Notes: generated from the sequence alone by a model not told the origin. Positions 8,829 to 22,318 are shown, numbered from the whole stretch's first letter. The stretch: DNA of 63,105 nt, filler included, from Folioceros fuciformis (GCA_049999805.1; 26 parts of 26 records of this genome joined end to end with filler, not necessarily neighbours in it), one strand, 5' to 3'. Program-made: numbers and translations.

Positions 8829-11800
8829 NNNNNNNNNNNNNNNNNNNNNNNNNNNNNNNNNNNNNNNNNNNNTTAATTAATTAANNNNNNNNNNNNNNNN
8901 NNNNNNNNNNNNNNNNNNNNNNNNNNNNACGCTGCCTGCCTCCCTGCTTGCCCTTGTTTATTATTATTTGAGCCCGGCTGCCCCGCGAACGGCGATGGCG
9001 CTACTTTCTTGACACGAAAGAAGCAGCGAAAATCGGCGCCTCTAGCGCTTCCTCACACGCCGTCCTTCTCCTCAGTCCCGAGCATTTGACGGAAGAGGTG
9101 CTATTCTAGGTGTGGTGCGGTGCGGTGCCGCGGTCCGGCCCGGCCCTGCATGCAGACTGGGACACGCAGAGTAAAATTTTTGTTTGACTTGAGACTTGAA
9201 TGTTTGTGTGAATATCTGTCTCCTTTCGTTGTTGCGATTGTCGCCCCGGGTTTTGGTTTGATTAAGGCTGATGCTGTCATTCCCCCGTCCCAGTCCCCGT
9301 CGTGCAACAAGCCAGCCAACCAGCCAGCCTTTCAACGCGCTTCCCACGCTCTCTTCCCTGCCTCCCTTCTACCAGGCTGGTCTGTGTTGGCCTCGCCTGT
9401 TGCCTTGCCTTCTTCTTTCCCCCTTCCCTGGATCTGTTTCTACTACTACTACTACCCGGGCAGTTCCTCCCGCGGCCTTAGATCCCTTTTCCCCTGCTCC
9501 TACCTTTGACGCCAGGAGGCCCCAGTGCGGGGTTCAGAGCGCACTCGAGCCTGCCCCTGCCCGCCTTGTGTGCCTGGCCGGATCTGATCTCTCTTGCGTA
9601 AACAAGCTAGCATTCTTGTGAGCTCATCCTTCTTTCCGTCCTGTGGTGGCCAGATCTGTGTGGTGTGGTGCGCGAGCCTTTCATGTAGTGCACCGGCGGG
9701 CCTGGTTCGGGATGTTGGCGACGGTGCGGGCGTTTTCGAGCTAGGCGGCGAATTGCACTTGCGGCTTGCGGCTCGGGCTCTTCCTGTTCGAGGCTCCGGT
9801 TCAGGCTAATTATTTAATTTTCTGGCTTTGGGAAGCGGCGGTAGTGGACTCAAGTCGGTGGGTTCGTGTGCGGCGCGAGCCATCTCCAAGAGAGTAGAGG
9901 AGGCAGCAGGGGGAGCTTCCTTGTGCAAGTGGAAGTGGCGGCGGAGGAGGAGGGAGTGGGAGTGGGAGGACANNNNNNNNNNNNNNNNNNNNNNNNNNNN
10001 NNNNNNNNNNNNNNNNTTAATTAATTAANNNNNNNNNNNNNNNNNNNNNNNNNNNNNNNNNNNNNNNNNNNNAGATTCACCACTGGACATCAACCCTGGG
10101 TATGCAGTGTCCTATGGTAAGTTGGTTGTAGGGAATGGGAACAACGTTAATATCTACTGTTCGTTGCATTTGGATCACGGGAGGTCTCAACTTCTGCAAG
10201 ATTATAGCCATATTATTCCAGCTCAAACTCATGGTCCAACTTGGGCTGGGATTAGGGCTCAAGCTCGAGCTATGGCTAATGCTTTGGTTCATGCATCAGA
10301 GGTGCCAACTATTGTGCATGTAAATGTGGGACCATGTCCATGGAAGGGAGTTCGGCGAGAAAAGATATTTGGCCACGATGGGGACTTCTACTTATGTAGC
10401 TCTAGAGCAGCAATTACTCATAGGTCTAAGAGTGGTATATTAAAGCCCAAGGGGAAATATGGCCTATGCATTCAGAAGCTAAACCAAAAGACGCTCATGT
10501 GGGAGCCTCAAGGACTTTCAAGTCACAAAAGTGCAATCAACAAGATGGATGAGGCAGAAACACAAGATCAAGTGAGCATAGCCCAATTTAGTAACAATGT
10601 GTACCATGAGTTTCCCTTTCTTGCGAGCTCTTATACCATAGAATATCATCATAGTGTGGTCATGGTAACATGAGGGTGAGCATACATCTCTATTCATGGA
10701 CCTTGGGACCAACATGTGGTTTGTTACAACTTGGTACATGGTGTGTGGAGTGATGTATTGACACATTTAGAACCCTATGCATGGAGCCGAAAGTGTTCTC
10801 CTCTACAACTACTTTGCCCTTAGACCTTGTTCAATGTTTAATAAGAGCCAAAGTTGGACTATGTTTGGCTTAGCTTTTTTAACAAACAATTTTAAAATTT
10901 AACAACATTTGTTTGTGGAGAAAGGGGTTTTTCTAATCAAGAGGGGTTTCAGCAAAAATCCCAATCAAAACTAATGACTACCCACAACAAAACTTAAGCA
11001 GTGTTGTCTCAAAAAGTGAATCCAAACATAAGTATTAATACAGATGTTGCATAAGTTATTTATAATTTTTTTTATTGACCCTAATCCCTAATCGAGTAAT
11101 GAATATAATCATCCCNNNNNNNNNNNNNNNNNNNNNNNNNNNNNNNNNNNNNNNNNNNNTTAATTAATTAANNNNNNNNNNNNNNNNNNNNNNNNNNNNN
11201 NNNNNNNNNNNNNNNCAGGGAGGGGACAGTAAGCGAGCAGGTGGACGAGGCAGGTTGCAATTCAGGGGGTGGGAAACAGTTTGGGATGTGGGGAGGATGC
11301 GAGGACAAGAGGAAGGTGGAGCAAAAAGGCCGGGGAACTGTAGAAGAAGAGCATGAATAGGTTGGGCAAACGATGGACATGGATCTATGTAGAAGGGAGA
11401 AAGGGACATCGTAGTAGTGCAAGAGTGGGATAGCAAGGGAGGCACAAGAGTGGAGGACCTTGCAAGGAGGGACATTGATCGGAGTAATGCACCAGATCAC
11501 ATGGAGTGCAACAAGAAGTGTAAGTTTGGTTACATATTTGTTGCTTGACATGAATAAGACCATGATGGTGGCTATTGGTTACTTGATGGCTAATGGTTGC
11601 ATTGGTGACAATTGTCCATGGAAGCTTGAGGTCAGCTGCGATAGTCTCCTGTGCGAGAATAGGAGCAGATGGAGTTGAGAATGGCAAAAAAGCAATAGCG
11701 AGGACTACAAAGAGAATGTTGGAGAACCTAGAAGATAGAGTGACCAAGGGGGGGAGGATCGAATAAGTGTGAAGAGGGGAACAACGAGGATGCAGCGAGT

Positions 11801-13490
11801 ACAAGGCTGGAATAAGAAGGAAGAAACTCTCTATCGAATGAAATTGCAATGTTGATACTAGAATAGACATAGATATGGGCATAACATTGTTAGACGTAGG
11901 CTTGCACATTTGCCTTAAGTGGGGCTAGAGGGTGCCTTTGCCATATATAGTGGACATTTTAAAGGGCAGGACCACAACATTCTATTGCGAACCCTCAAGC
12001 GGTGGCAGCAAACACTTTAGTTATAGTTCAAAAATGAAGTGGTAGTCCATGCGGCAAACCAACCCTAAACTATAGATTTCCAAATGGAGTAAATCTTGAT
12101 TGGCTAAGAATTTGGCTAGCATTGAGAATTGACAAGGGAACATGTTATAGCAGTAAAGAAGGTGGTCATAATCATGGCAGGGCAATAACGAGGGTGGCCC
12201 TAAACCTTAGGCCAACGAAGCGAAGAGAGCCCCAACCCAATGGTGGCACTAATTCCGANNNNNNNNNNNNNNNNNNNNNNNNNNNNNNNNNNNNNNNNNN
12301 NNTTAATTAATTAANNNNNNNNNNNNNNNNNNNNNNNNNNNNNNNNNNNNNNNNNNNNGTCCTCCTCTTGTGACTCAGCCTACCTGCATCCTCCGACTCG
12401 TCCCACAGCCCCTCTACTCGATCGCCCCGCTTCTTTCCAGCGCCCCTGTCCTCATCCACAACCTCAGAAAACCCGTCTTGCTCCTCGCCCCGACCTCGCC
12501 TCCCTGCCGGCTCCTTCTCGCTCTTACCTTTCCTCGACTTCCCATACCTATGCCGCCGATCCGACTCTTCCCACTCCCCTTCCCTACCCTTGTAGTACTC
12601 GGAGCCCTCCGAGATCTTCCGCCGTTTAGCGAGGTCGTGCTCCTTACTGCTGCCTTCGGGGCTATCCATGGATGCCCCTGCTCAAGCTGCTGCAGCAGAG
12701 TAGGGCAAAGTCCGCACGGACTGAAACAATGCCTCTTTCCAACAGGTCTCATCATCGTGCAGAGACCCGGGAGCCTCCATTTTCACCCGCACGTATCACA
12801 AATTCAGCAACCCGTAACCCCTAAACATTCCTAAATACTCCACCTCCTGCCACGATCTCCGCATGCCTGTTCTTTCACCCTGATAAAGGTTGGGCCAGCA
12901 TTCCCGGACTCTCCCAAACCCTAAAACCGGGCAATCACCAACTCCCGCTTCCTAAACCATGTTCCGCAGACAGGACACAGCATGCCCGAACGCTCCGCCA
13001 CAACCAATCCAACCAACAAACCCTTTCTGGACGTTTGCAAGCAGAGTAGGTTGCCAGACAAGACGCCGTCACCTCAGAGGCTGGACAGCCAAACTCCCAC
13101 AACCAATTTCCGCTGCTGCCTCCTGAACTTGAGCGCTCAAGACCAAGGCAAATCTACGGAACTCCAATTCGAAGTCCAGCCCCCATTCCCACAGCACACC
13201 CGATACCCAAGCGACTGTAGCTTCGCCCCAGACACAAGGTCAGACCAACCAGCGTGACGCTCCACCCGCAGCGCCCATTGCTAAAGTGGCCGCAGCAAGA
13301 TGCAACTTAACGGTGCAAAAATCACTCCATCTGCCGCCTAGAAAATATGAGAAATCAAGCAGCACAGCCAACAAAAGAGCTGTGCCGGGANNNNNNNNNN
13401 NNNNNNNNNNNNNNNNNNNNNNNNNNNNNNNNNNTTAATTAATTAANNNNNNNNNNNNNNNNNNNNNNNNNNNNNNNNNNNNNNNNNNNN

Positions 13491-14497
13491 CCGAGCTTGA
13501 GGTTCTCGTTGAAGAGACTGAAGAGGTAGACGTCGAGGCCCGCGTCTGGGCGGGCAGGGGTGGAGATGTTACCCTCCAGACGCTTCACCAGGTTGTAGAC
13601 GTAGGATTGCGCGTTCACCACATTGACGCCAACCTCATCGGCGTCTCCCGCCCAGGGCCACCCCGACTCGGACACCACCACGGCCAGGTTAACGATGCCG
13701 ATGTTGGCCAGAGCGTAGTACACGGCGTCCACCTGGGCGGAGAAGAGGTTGGAGTAGTGGATGCCGGTGCGGTTGTCCGTCTCGCCGTCGTTAGGTCCCT
13801 GTCCCAGCGCGTAGAGTCGGTCCTGTTCCGTGCGCTGCCCATCGCGGTAGGCGAAGTAGGGGTAGGCGTTCACCATGAAGCTGGAGCCGGTGTGCACCAG
13901 GAAGGCGGCCAGGGGCGTCAGGAGCCGGGCCAGGTAGGGCTTGAACACGGTGACGGAGGGCGGGAAGGACGGCGCCAGAATCTCCAGCGAGTGCGGGGTG
14001 GACACCTTGACGGCGGAGTCCAGCTTCAGGTTCACCAACGCCGTGTGGATGTTGGACATGGCGGGGAGGAGGAGAGTGCGCATGCTGTCCGAGGTCTCGT
14101 TGCTCGTCAGCACCTCGTTCCCTACTGCGATGACCCGGATGTCCGTGGCCGGCATGAAGGCGTGGACGTGCCGCTCCACCCACTCCTGCGCGTAGCCGCG
14201 CACTCCTCGGGAGAGGCACTCTATGACATCATTCGGCACTCCCACCACCACCTGAATCCCGCTGTTGGCCAGCGCCTTCAGCACCGCCGGGTTAGTGTCG
14301 TAGATCTTCACCTTCCGCACCGTGGTCTTGAGGATGAGCGCCACTGCCGCCTCGGGACTGGGCAGGTTATCGGCCACCGTGCCGTAGTTGATGCCAAGGC
14401 TACTTCCCGCCTCTGCACGTGAAACAATTCCGTCACCTTCTGCCTCTGTCATCCAAGAAATGCAGCACTCCGGCAACAACAAGGCAACGCAACTCAA
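13491..14497 (-). CDS. Glucan endo-1,3-beta-glucosidase (GH17), partial, 3' end truncated
   Basis: LGINYGTVADNLPSP, VKIYD, IAVGNEV (acid/base Glu), FMVNAYPYF, VVVSESGWP (nucleophile Glu), YLFSLFNENLK; exact 5' start uncertain. Confidence 0.95.
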
Positions 14498-14621
14498 TGC
14501 AATGCACGCAGCGTCCTGAGCNNNNNNNNNNNNNNNNNNNNNNNNNNNNNNNNNNNNNNNNNNNNTTAATTAATTAANNNNNNNNNNNNNNNNNNNNNNN
14601 NNNNNNNNNNNNNNNNNNNNN

Positions 14622-15427
14622 CGGGTGATCCAGGTAACCCATCCACAGAGACCCTGGCGACCCTCTCAATCCAATCCTGAATCGCATCTGTGATGTGAGG
14701 AACCACCTGCCACGCAAACAAGCGATTGAATTCACAAACTCTTGCTTGCCACGTGAGGAGCCGTCCACTCCAATACGCAACAACTTGCCACACGAAATAT
14801 TCAATCCAAAAACCTGGACAGTCTTGCCAAGGAAATCTCCCCGCCGCTCTTTCTCAATGACAGACTGCATCAGCGACAACTCACATCATCAGTACCCTAA
14901 ACGACAGATTAAAAAACCTTCCCGCAGCCTGTGCACACGCTACAACTAAATCCTCCATCCACCGACCTGGTATATTTTGCCAGTCGTGATATTGTTGGCC
15001 GCCGTCAAAGTAATATCCAGAAACCTCTCATAATTCCCAAGGTCCAAGTCAGCCTGCCGAAACAGCACACCACAATACGAATTACCCCTGCACACAAACA
15101 TGCACAACACAACAAAAAGAATCCTCCACCAAAAACTCACCTCTCCGCCATCATCCAGCACGAAGACTTCCCCGTGCTCGAAAGGCGACATCGTTCCCGC
15201 ATCCGTGTTCAAGTACGGATCTGCCAAACAAACTCACCGCTCAGAATTCCGCCTGCCTACGTCCTCCACTCCCCACTCCACCCCACGCCTGAACATAAAA
15301 TCCCCTCACCAATCTTAATCGAAGTAACGCGCAGCCCGCATCCCTTGAGAATGACTCCTATGCTGCTGGCGGTGACGCCCTTGCCGAGCCCACTCACCAC
15401 CCCGCCCGACACCAGCACGTACTTCAT
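14622..15427 (-). CDS. CTPS: CTP synthase, first five exons: 15427-15310, 15220-15141, 15053-14967, 14864-14814, 14706-14622 (truncated)
   Basis: Spliced translation [24 protein letters not shown]...[40 protein letters not shown]...[22 protein letters not shown]; four GT-AG introns of 89, 87, 102 and 107 nt. Confidence 0.97.
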
Positions 15428-16689
15428 CTTCCTCTCCTCTTCCGCGCCCCCGCCGTGCTCCGTCACCGACCCCGCCAGCACGCACTTCGCATGCACACCA
15501 GTCCCCCACTGCACCGCCGCAAATTGCACCTGACCCGGAGAACTCGCCTTCCGCGCCAGGAATTGACGTGGCAGCGACTGGCACAGCGAGCCAAACCTAC
15601 ATACACTGCTCAGCGCAAAGGTTGCAGGCATTGCAANNNNNNNNNNNNNNNNNNNNNNNNNNNNNNNNNNNNNNNNNNNNTTAATTAATTAANNNNNNNN
15701 NNNNNNNNNNNNNNNNNNNNNNNNNNNNNNNNNNNNGTCCCATACTATCTCTCTCTCTCTAACTTTCTCTCTCTCTCTAACTCTAGGGGTGACTTACCTC
15801 TCCTGGTTCACTCAAAACTTACTCGATGTTCCGGGGTTCCACACTACTCCCGGTGCTCACGACTACACAACCTCACACCCCGAGCATCACCACTCACTTG
15901 CCGATGCCACGCTCACTCACGGCCACGATCAGGCACCCCTCTCCCCATACACGCAACAGCTCACAATGAATCCCCGCGACTTCCTCATGCGCACATGCAT
16001 CAATCACATGGACACACGACTCAGGCTAAAACCTCCCCTCAGACCGCTCTCATCACACCATACAGCAAATCGGGTCCACACACAACAAACACGCTCCCTA
16101 CTCTCAAGCACACACTCCCAGCTCCACTCCAGACACCAGTCCGCTCAATCTTGGGGCTCTCGCTTAGCCCGCCTGCAACTCACACACACACACAAGGGTA
16201 ATCCCCACGGTAACAATCAGTTAACACCACCCCGGGCACACACCACGGTGCCTTCAGAGTCACTCCGTTTCCTCAATAACTCACACTCCGGACTCGGCAC
16301 GATCTCTCGGCCGGGCACTTACTGACATCAGACACATCAACCTCACTGACTCCTCAGCCCGCGGCGACCCGCCGTGCACACAACTAGTACAGCCACGCAT
16401 CGAAACTCAGATTTTCCACACACTGGATTTCTTTCCCTCACCTACGCTTGTGACTTTCTTGTCGACGCACTCCGACTCCGATCGGCAGTCACTCAACCTC
16501 ACTCTCACATGACACTCACTCACCAACTCCTCTCCTCCTCACACAACTTTTCACGTTTCCCTCTTCACACTCGACTCACTCAACTCACTGCTCTCGACTC
16601 TTCCTTCTCGTTTTGCCCTTCATCGGGCCTTCTCCTCTCTCTCTCTCGTTGTTTAAGGAGGCAGTGAGAACATCAGAGGGTAAGGGATG

Positions 16690-16751
16690 TGTGGAGGCAA
16701 AACCCCGGGCACTGATTGCTGTGAACCTCCGAAGTTTGGGGTAGTGGTTTG
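16690..16751 (+). mobile_element. Probable LTR start (TGTGGAGGCAAAACCCCGGG family) after a purine-rich tract
   Basis: GAGGGTAAGGGATG, then about 30 nt shared with 45224 and 55552. Confidence 0.5.
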
Positions 16752-17804
16752 NNNNNNNNNNNNNNNNNNNNNNNNNNNNNNNNNNNNNNNNNNNNTTAAT
16801 TAATTAANNNNNNNNNNNNNNNNNNNNNNNNNNNNNNNNNNNNNNNNNNNNCACCTGCCCTGCCACCCTCCACCCTATTTTATGCTTTTTATTTCTCTCT
16901 ACCTATCCCGAATCCTCTTCATCGTGATACGTGCCCTTTTCTTTTCTTTTTTTCTTTTTTTCGTACAAACAAAGTAAGTTGTATACAATACTACTATACA
17001 CTCCTTGACATGGTCTTTCTTTTCTTTTCTTCTTAATTTTCTTCATTTATTTTCTTACAAAATAAAATAATTATCAATATAAAAATTTATTATTAGCAGT
17101 AATTAGTAATTTGAAAGGATGAGTGACTTGTCTTAAGGAAAAAAAAATTATATTCTTCAACTTGAAAGTGTTCATGACTCAAGCCTTGGACAAGAGCTTA
17201 TGTGTCCCATTGAAAGAAAGCCTCACAGACAATACACATATGGAATCACCAATGCATCGCACTCCGCATGGCATCTTAATACACTTCTTGGTTTATGGGC
17301 TCCAAAATCCAGAACTCCTAGGTAAAAAAGCAGGCAGAGAGGTGATTATTAATTATATTACTAAAATATAAATAAACAAAAAAAATAAATGGAGAGAAAG
17401 GATGTGGTATGAGAAGGGTTGATTCCTTCGGAAGAATCCGAGAATATATGCATTCACATGTACGACAGGCAAAGTTGCACTTGCAAACAGTTTGGCAGCA
17501 ACATGCATGGACGTTACGTAGATTGTGTGCACGATCCCCGCTGCTACAAAACAAGGTGCCTGCTTATCACATATGTATGTAGTGGCACGATGCACCAGGT
17601 ATGCAGGTATGCAGCTGGAGATGGAAAATAAAAATAGAAAAGGGTGAGAAAAGCAAGGGCAACACGGACCATGCGGTGCGGGTGCATTTAAGGCAATCGC
17701 AGCGCCATTGGAAGCACAGCATTCTAGTTGGATCGCATACATGTGCAACACAAGGTTGAGTAGGCCAGGTCCAGGTCCAGGGCTGGGTCCGGGTCACAGT
17801 TTCT

Positions 17805-17861
17805 CACAGCCCCTGTCCCAGCCCCAGCCCCAGCCCCAGCCCCAGCCCCAACCCCAACCCC
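17805..17861. repeat. (CCCCAG)n-type microsatellite at contig end
   Basis: Direct reading. Confidence 0.85.
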
Positions 17862-17961
17862 NNNNNNNNNNNNNNNNNNNNNNNNNNNNNNNNNNNNNNN
17901 NNNNNTTAATTAATTAANNNNNNNNNNNNNNNNNNNNNNNNNNNNNNNNNNNNNNNNNNNN

Positions 17962-18138
17962 CAACCCACAACCCACAACCCACAACCCACAACCCACAAC
18001 CCACAACCCACAACCCACAACCCACAACCCACAACCCACAACCCACAACCCACAACCCACAACCCACAACCCACAACCCACAACCCACAAGTTACCCACA
18101 ACCCACAAGTTACCCACAACCCCCAACCCGCAACCTAC
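17962..18138. repeat. (CAACCCA)n / (TTGTGGG)n heptamer array, about 18 perfect units then degenerate
   Basis: Direct reading; runs off the contig start. Confidence 0.95.
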
Positions 18139-18908
18139 AACAGGACAGAGGAGGGAGACGTGGAAGTCATTGGGCCTTGTCCTATGTTGTTGGAAGCATG
18201 AGGAGGAGGAGGAGGAGATGAAGGAGAAGCAGGAAGAAGGCAGCGAGGGTTGGAGTTTGTCCGGCTGGGAAGGGCCGGCCTGGCAGCAGCAGCAGCAGCA
18301 GCGACAGCAGCGATGAGATGCAGGGTGCTGCAGTGCAGCGGTCACCGTTTCCGATGTGCAACTCCACAGCAGCAGCAGCAAGTGACATGAGATTAGCAGA
18401 AGCACGCGTCTTGAAATGTGTTCCCCACGATCCATGTCAGGCAGTTCCATGGAAAGTTTGGAAACCTTGTGAGAAGCGAGCGACGAGACGCGGGGAGGGC
18501 GGATGCGTGCATTATGGAAGGCCCGTGCCAACAAGTACGCGCTGGGCGGACAGCACCAGGGGGGGGGAGGTACGTAACAGATGCAGGCCCCTCCGCGCAG
18601 GTTTCACGCTCCACTCCATACCCGCAATATTCTAAACAATTATATACCAAGCGTAGACTACGCCCACGTACCGCCTCCTCCGGCTCTGGCTGAGCGCGAA
18701 ACTTTCTCCCCTGGTTCCTCACTCGGATTCAGTTGCCTCCAGCTTCCATTCTTATCCCAACCTCCGCCATAGCATTCCGGGTGAAGGAGGAGGCAGGGAG
18801 GAGGAAAGGAAAATCGCATTTGGGGAGAAGGGAAAATGCCGCATTGGCTGAATGTCGAGGAAAAGGGGTGAGAGCATAGATAGAGAGAGAGAGCGAGTCA
18901 TGCAAGCT

Positions 18909-18980
18909 GCCTGGCCTGGCCTGGCCTGGCCCGGGCTGGGCTGGTCTGGGCTGGCCAGGCCTGGGCTGGGCTGGCCTGGC
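18909..18980. repeat. (CCTGG/GCTGG)n pentamer microsatellite
   Basis: Direct reading. Confidence 0.8.
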
Positions 18981-19103
18981 GTGGGAAGAGAGAGAGAGAG
19001 GAGNNNNNNNNNNNNNNNNNNNNNNNNNNNNNNNNNNNNNNNNNNNNTTAATTAATTAANNNNNNNNNNNNNNNNNNNNNNNNNNNNNNNNNNNNNNNNN
19101 NNN

Positions 19104-20112
19104 GGTTTTCTATTCTAATTTATAGTATTTCTAGATATAAGTCTATATATTGAAGATACTTCTCTTATACTAATACTTAATTAATTATTATAGTACTTTT
19201 AGTACTTCTTTTATTAATAGATTAATCTATTTAGTATAAATAAGTATAAGTATTCTATACTAAAAGTATTATCTAAGTATAGCTTTCTCTTTTAAATAAT
19301 TCTTTTAAAAATAGTTAGTAATTATATTAGTAAAGTTATAATAAGTTACTTTTAGATAGTAAAAGTTATTATTATTATAAAAGTACTTAGTATAGTTTTA
19401 ATTCTATTAATCTCTAGTTTAAGATAGCTCTTTTAATATATAAGCTACTTATATATTTTAAGTAGTAACTTTCTACTAGTTAAAATAAAGTATATATTAG
19501 ATACGTAATTTTTTAATACTATAATTACTTAAGATCTATATAGTTAGTAGAGAAGCTTTATTAATATTAGTAGACTCTAACTATATAAGAGATTACTTAT
19601 ACTAGCTCTATATATACTTATATAGCTCGCTATTAATAATAGTTTATTAGCGTAGTTATAGTATTAATAGTTAAATAGTTCTTACTATTACTAGAGTACT
19701 AGACGTTTTTATAATACTCTAAATAGAAGAGAATAATAACTATTATAATAGTTCTAGAGAGCTAGATAGAATATATAAGTAGCTTAAAGTAGTTTTAGTT
19801 ATTATAAGTAGTATTTCTACTTTAGTTACTAATCTACTAGTTATTATAAATAGTAATATTACGCTTCTAAGGCTACTAGAAAGTAGAATAGCTAATCTAA
19901 TATTATCTATATAGTAAGAATATAGTTCTTTACTAGAGAGGTAGCTTAGATATTTCTATCTAGTAGTAATATCTCTATTAAAGTACTAATTAATTAAAAT
20001 ATATATATAATAAGATTTTTTTAACCTATACTTAATAATATTTCTTAGTACTTTCTTTATAGTTAGCTTTAAATTATTAAAGAATAATAGAATACTATTT
20101 TCTAAAATAATA
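19104..20112. other. Very AT-rich contig with RIP-like dinucleotide signature (probable ascomycete repeat DNA)
   Basis: TpA everywhere, CpA/TpG almost absent, several CpG retained, no ORF in the track. Confidence 0.75.
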
Positions 20113-20318
20113 NNNNNNNNNNNNNNNNNNNNNNNNNNNNNNNNNNNNNNNNNNNNTTAATTAATTAANNNNNNNNNNNNNNNNNNNNNNNNNNNNNNNN
20201 NNNNNNNNNNNNAAAGAGTCTTCACTACCACTAGAGTCCTAGGTCCTGGCATCGAGCAAGGGTCTAACTACCACTAAAGTCATAGGAAGCTTCCAATCTT
20301 AGGACCTAGGAAACTTCA

Positions 20319-20479
20319 CAAGAAGCGCATCGGAAGCTGCGCAAGAAGCGTATCGGAAGCTACGCAAGAAGTGCATTGAAAGCTGCGCAAGGAGCGCATC
20401 GGAAGCTGCGCAAGAAGCGTATCGGAAGCTACGCAAGAAGCGCATTGAAAGCTGCGCAAGGAGCGCATCGGAAGCTGCG
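20319..20479. repeat. 23-bp minisatellite x7 with 69-bp higher-order period
   Basis: CAAGAAGCGCATCGGAAGCTGCG variants in the order A,B,C,A',B,C',A'. Confidence 0.9.
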
Positions 20480-21582
20480 CAAGAAGCTTCCAACTGATTA
20501 GCTTAAGCTAATCTAAACTAATGGTACTGAACTAGACACTAATCTTACACTAAACACATTAGTCTAAGCACATTGGACTTTATTAACCCGATAAAACGTC
20601 CAAAACATGGAACACCATGCTTGACCATGGAGAAAAGCCTAAAACATGGGACACACTGGGTGCATGAGTTACAATGCTTGAGCATGGAGAAAAGTCTAAA
20701 ATGTTAGGCTAGGGTGATGTCTCCTATGAAGAACCAGCCAACCTGTGTACAAACAAGAAGAGGGAGGGGCTGGTGGGAGGAGGAAGAAGCAAAAGGAGAA
20801 AAAATAAGTGTCCTCCTTATGCTTGTTGTTGCCTTAGTTGTTAATCTGACATAACTCCTATGGTCATGCACACCCTAGTCGAAGTCCTCTCTAGAGTTTT
20901 CTTCGATAATGATCCTTCCCTTTTAGACCTATAAGCAGTTTAGCTTCTTTCACAAGCTCTAAGACTTGGTTAATGGCTACCGCAATAGACTTTGGCCTTG
21001 CCACTTCTACAATCTAAAATCAAAGAGCAAATCAAACATTAAAAATTAATAATACAATAATTGTAACAACTTCGGCCGACTGTACACAGAGAGAGACTTC
21101 AGATAGTCCCAATTTATTAATTCCATAGTGTACGACCAACCTTACTAGGGCAGTGGAGGTTTGCTTCGTCCTAATAATTGATGTTAATTCCAGTAGGATG
21201 TTGTTTTAATAGCAACATGCCAAGGCACTAAGCCTCCAATTGCCCTTAGCCAAAAAGGTAGATAACGTATGTTACCTTTTGTTAAGTGTGTACGAAGTTC
21301 AGCCACCACGTTCCCTTTTGCTAGGTGTGTAAGGAGTTTGGCCACAAGGTTTCCTTATGCCATGTTTGGAAGAAGTTAAACCACACTGTTAGTGATCCAG
21401 TGGTCCATGGTGCTCCAATGTCATGTGCGTTGTTCCTCTTGAAGGATCGCTCCAGGAGCTACATGGTGAAGGAGGAGAGGAGGAGGCAAGGAGGAGAGGA
21501 GAAAGAGAGGTCACACTCTCATAATGAGTCTTAATATGCAAGGGAGCTCAAGGGGGTATTTATACCCTCTAGAAGAGCTCCC

Positions 21583-21727
21583 TAGGAAGCTTCACAAGAA
21601 GCGCACAGGAAGCTGCACAAGAAGCTTCCTACATATTAGCTTAAGCTAATCAAAACTAATGATACTTAACTAGACACTAATCTTAGACTAAACACATTAG
21701 TCTAAACACATTGGGCTTTAATAACCC
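21583..21727. repeat. Second copy of a direct repeat (first copy about 20307-20589), holding only one 23-bp unit
   Basis: Shared ATTAGCTTAAGCTAATC...ACTAGACACTAATCTTA.ACTAAACACATTAGTCTAA.CACATTGG.CTTTA.TAACCC. Confidence 0.8.
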
Positions 21728-22318
21728 TACACCACCATGGTCATGAGTGAATGTTTTGAAACCTACAACAAATAATACATACATGAATGCCAAGATGCTC
21801 ATTATTGTCACATCTACACCTATTTTGTAATTAGAGGCAAAGTTTCGAAAGTGTCCGTCTGTAAGAAGGATTTATTTGTGAAGCGACGAGTACATTGATC
21901 TCGGTGTCCATTTGAGGTGCGAGTGGAATATTCCATCTGGAATGCTATGAGACTAGGTATGCCAAGCACGGGCTTGCTCGAACAGGAAGCACTAGTTGTG
22001 TGTGGACGACTAGAGCCGAAGGGCCTCATTTTCGCTGACCATGTTACTTTGCTGTGCTTGAAAAAGGCTAGTGCATAGCACTGGTGCCTTTCAGAAGAGC
22101 ATGGAGGTGCACATGTTGATTGCCCAAACATTGACTGTAGGGTATCAAAGGTGGGCCTGTTATTAATGCATATCTACTGCCTAGGTTAGGGCACATTTCG
22201 GTCTACTGACTAGATACCAAAAGTCGGACTTAAGCGAACGGTTACGAGTACGCTCGCAACGTTTCACCTCTGTACTTAACGATCAGGTTTCAATGCAAAT
22301 CTAATCCTGATAATTACA

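Noticed and set aside
10107-10673. 188-aa ORF, possibly an F-box-associated/kelch-like remnant
   Set aside because: No motif I can identify with confidence; non-ATG start
11216-13390. Possible LINE ORF1 remnants (Cys/His knuckle-like traces) in two contigs
   Set aside because: Too degenerate; no endonuclease or RT motif visible
17906-18119. Repetitive WVVGCGL ORFs
   Set aside because: Translations of the heptamer repeat running into Ns
20319-20479. CRISPR array (also the 21-22-bp arrays at 49930, 51664, 52537)
   Set aside because: Units are contiguous with no unique spacers; eukaryotic context; no cas genes
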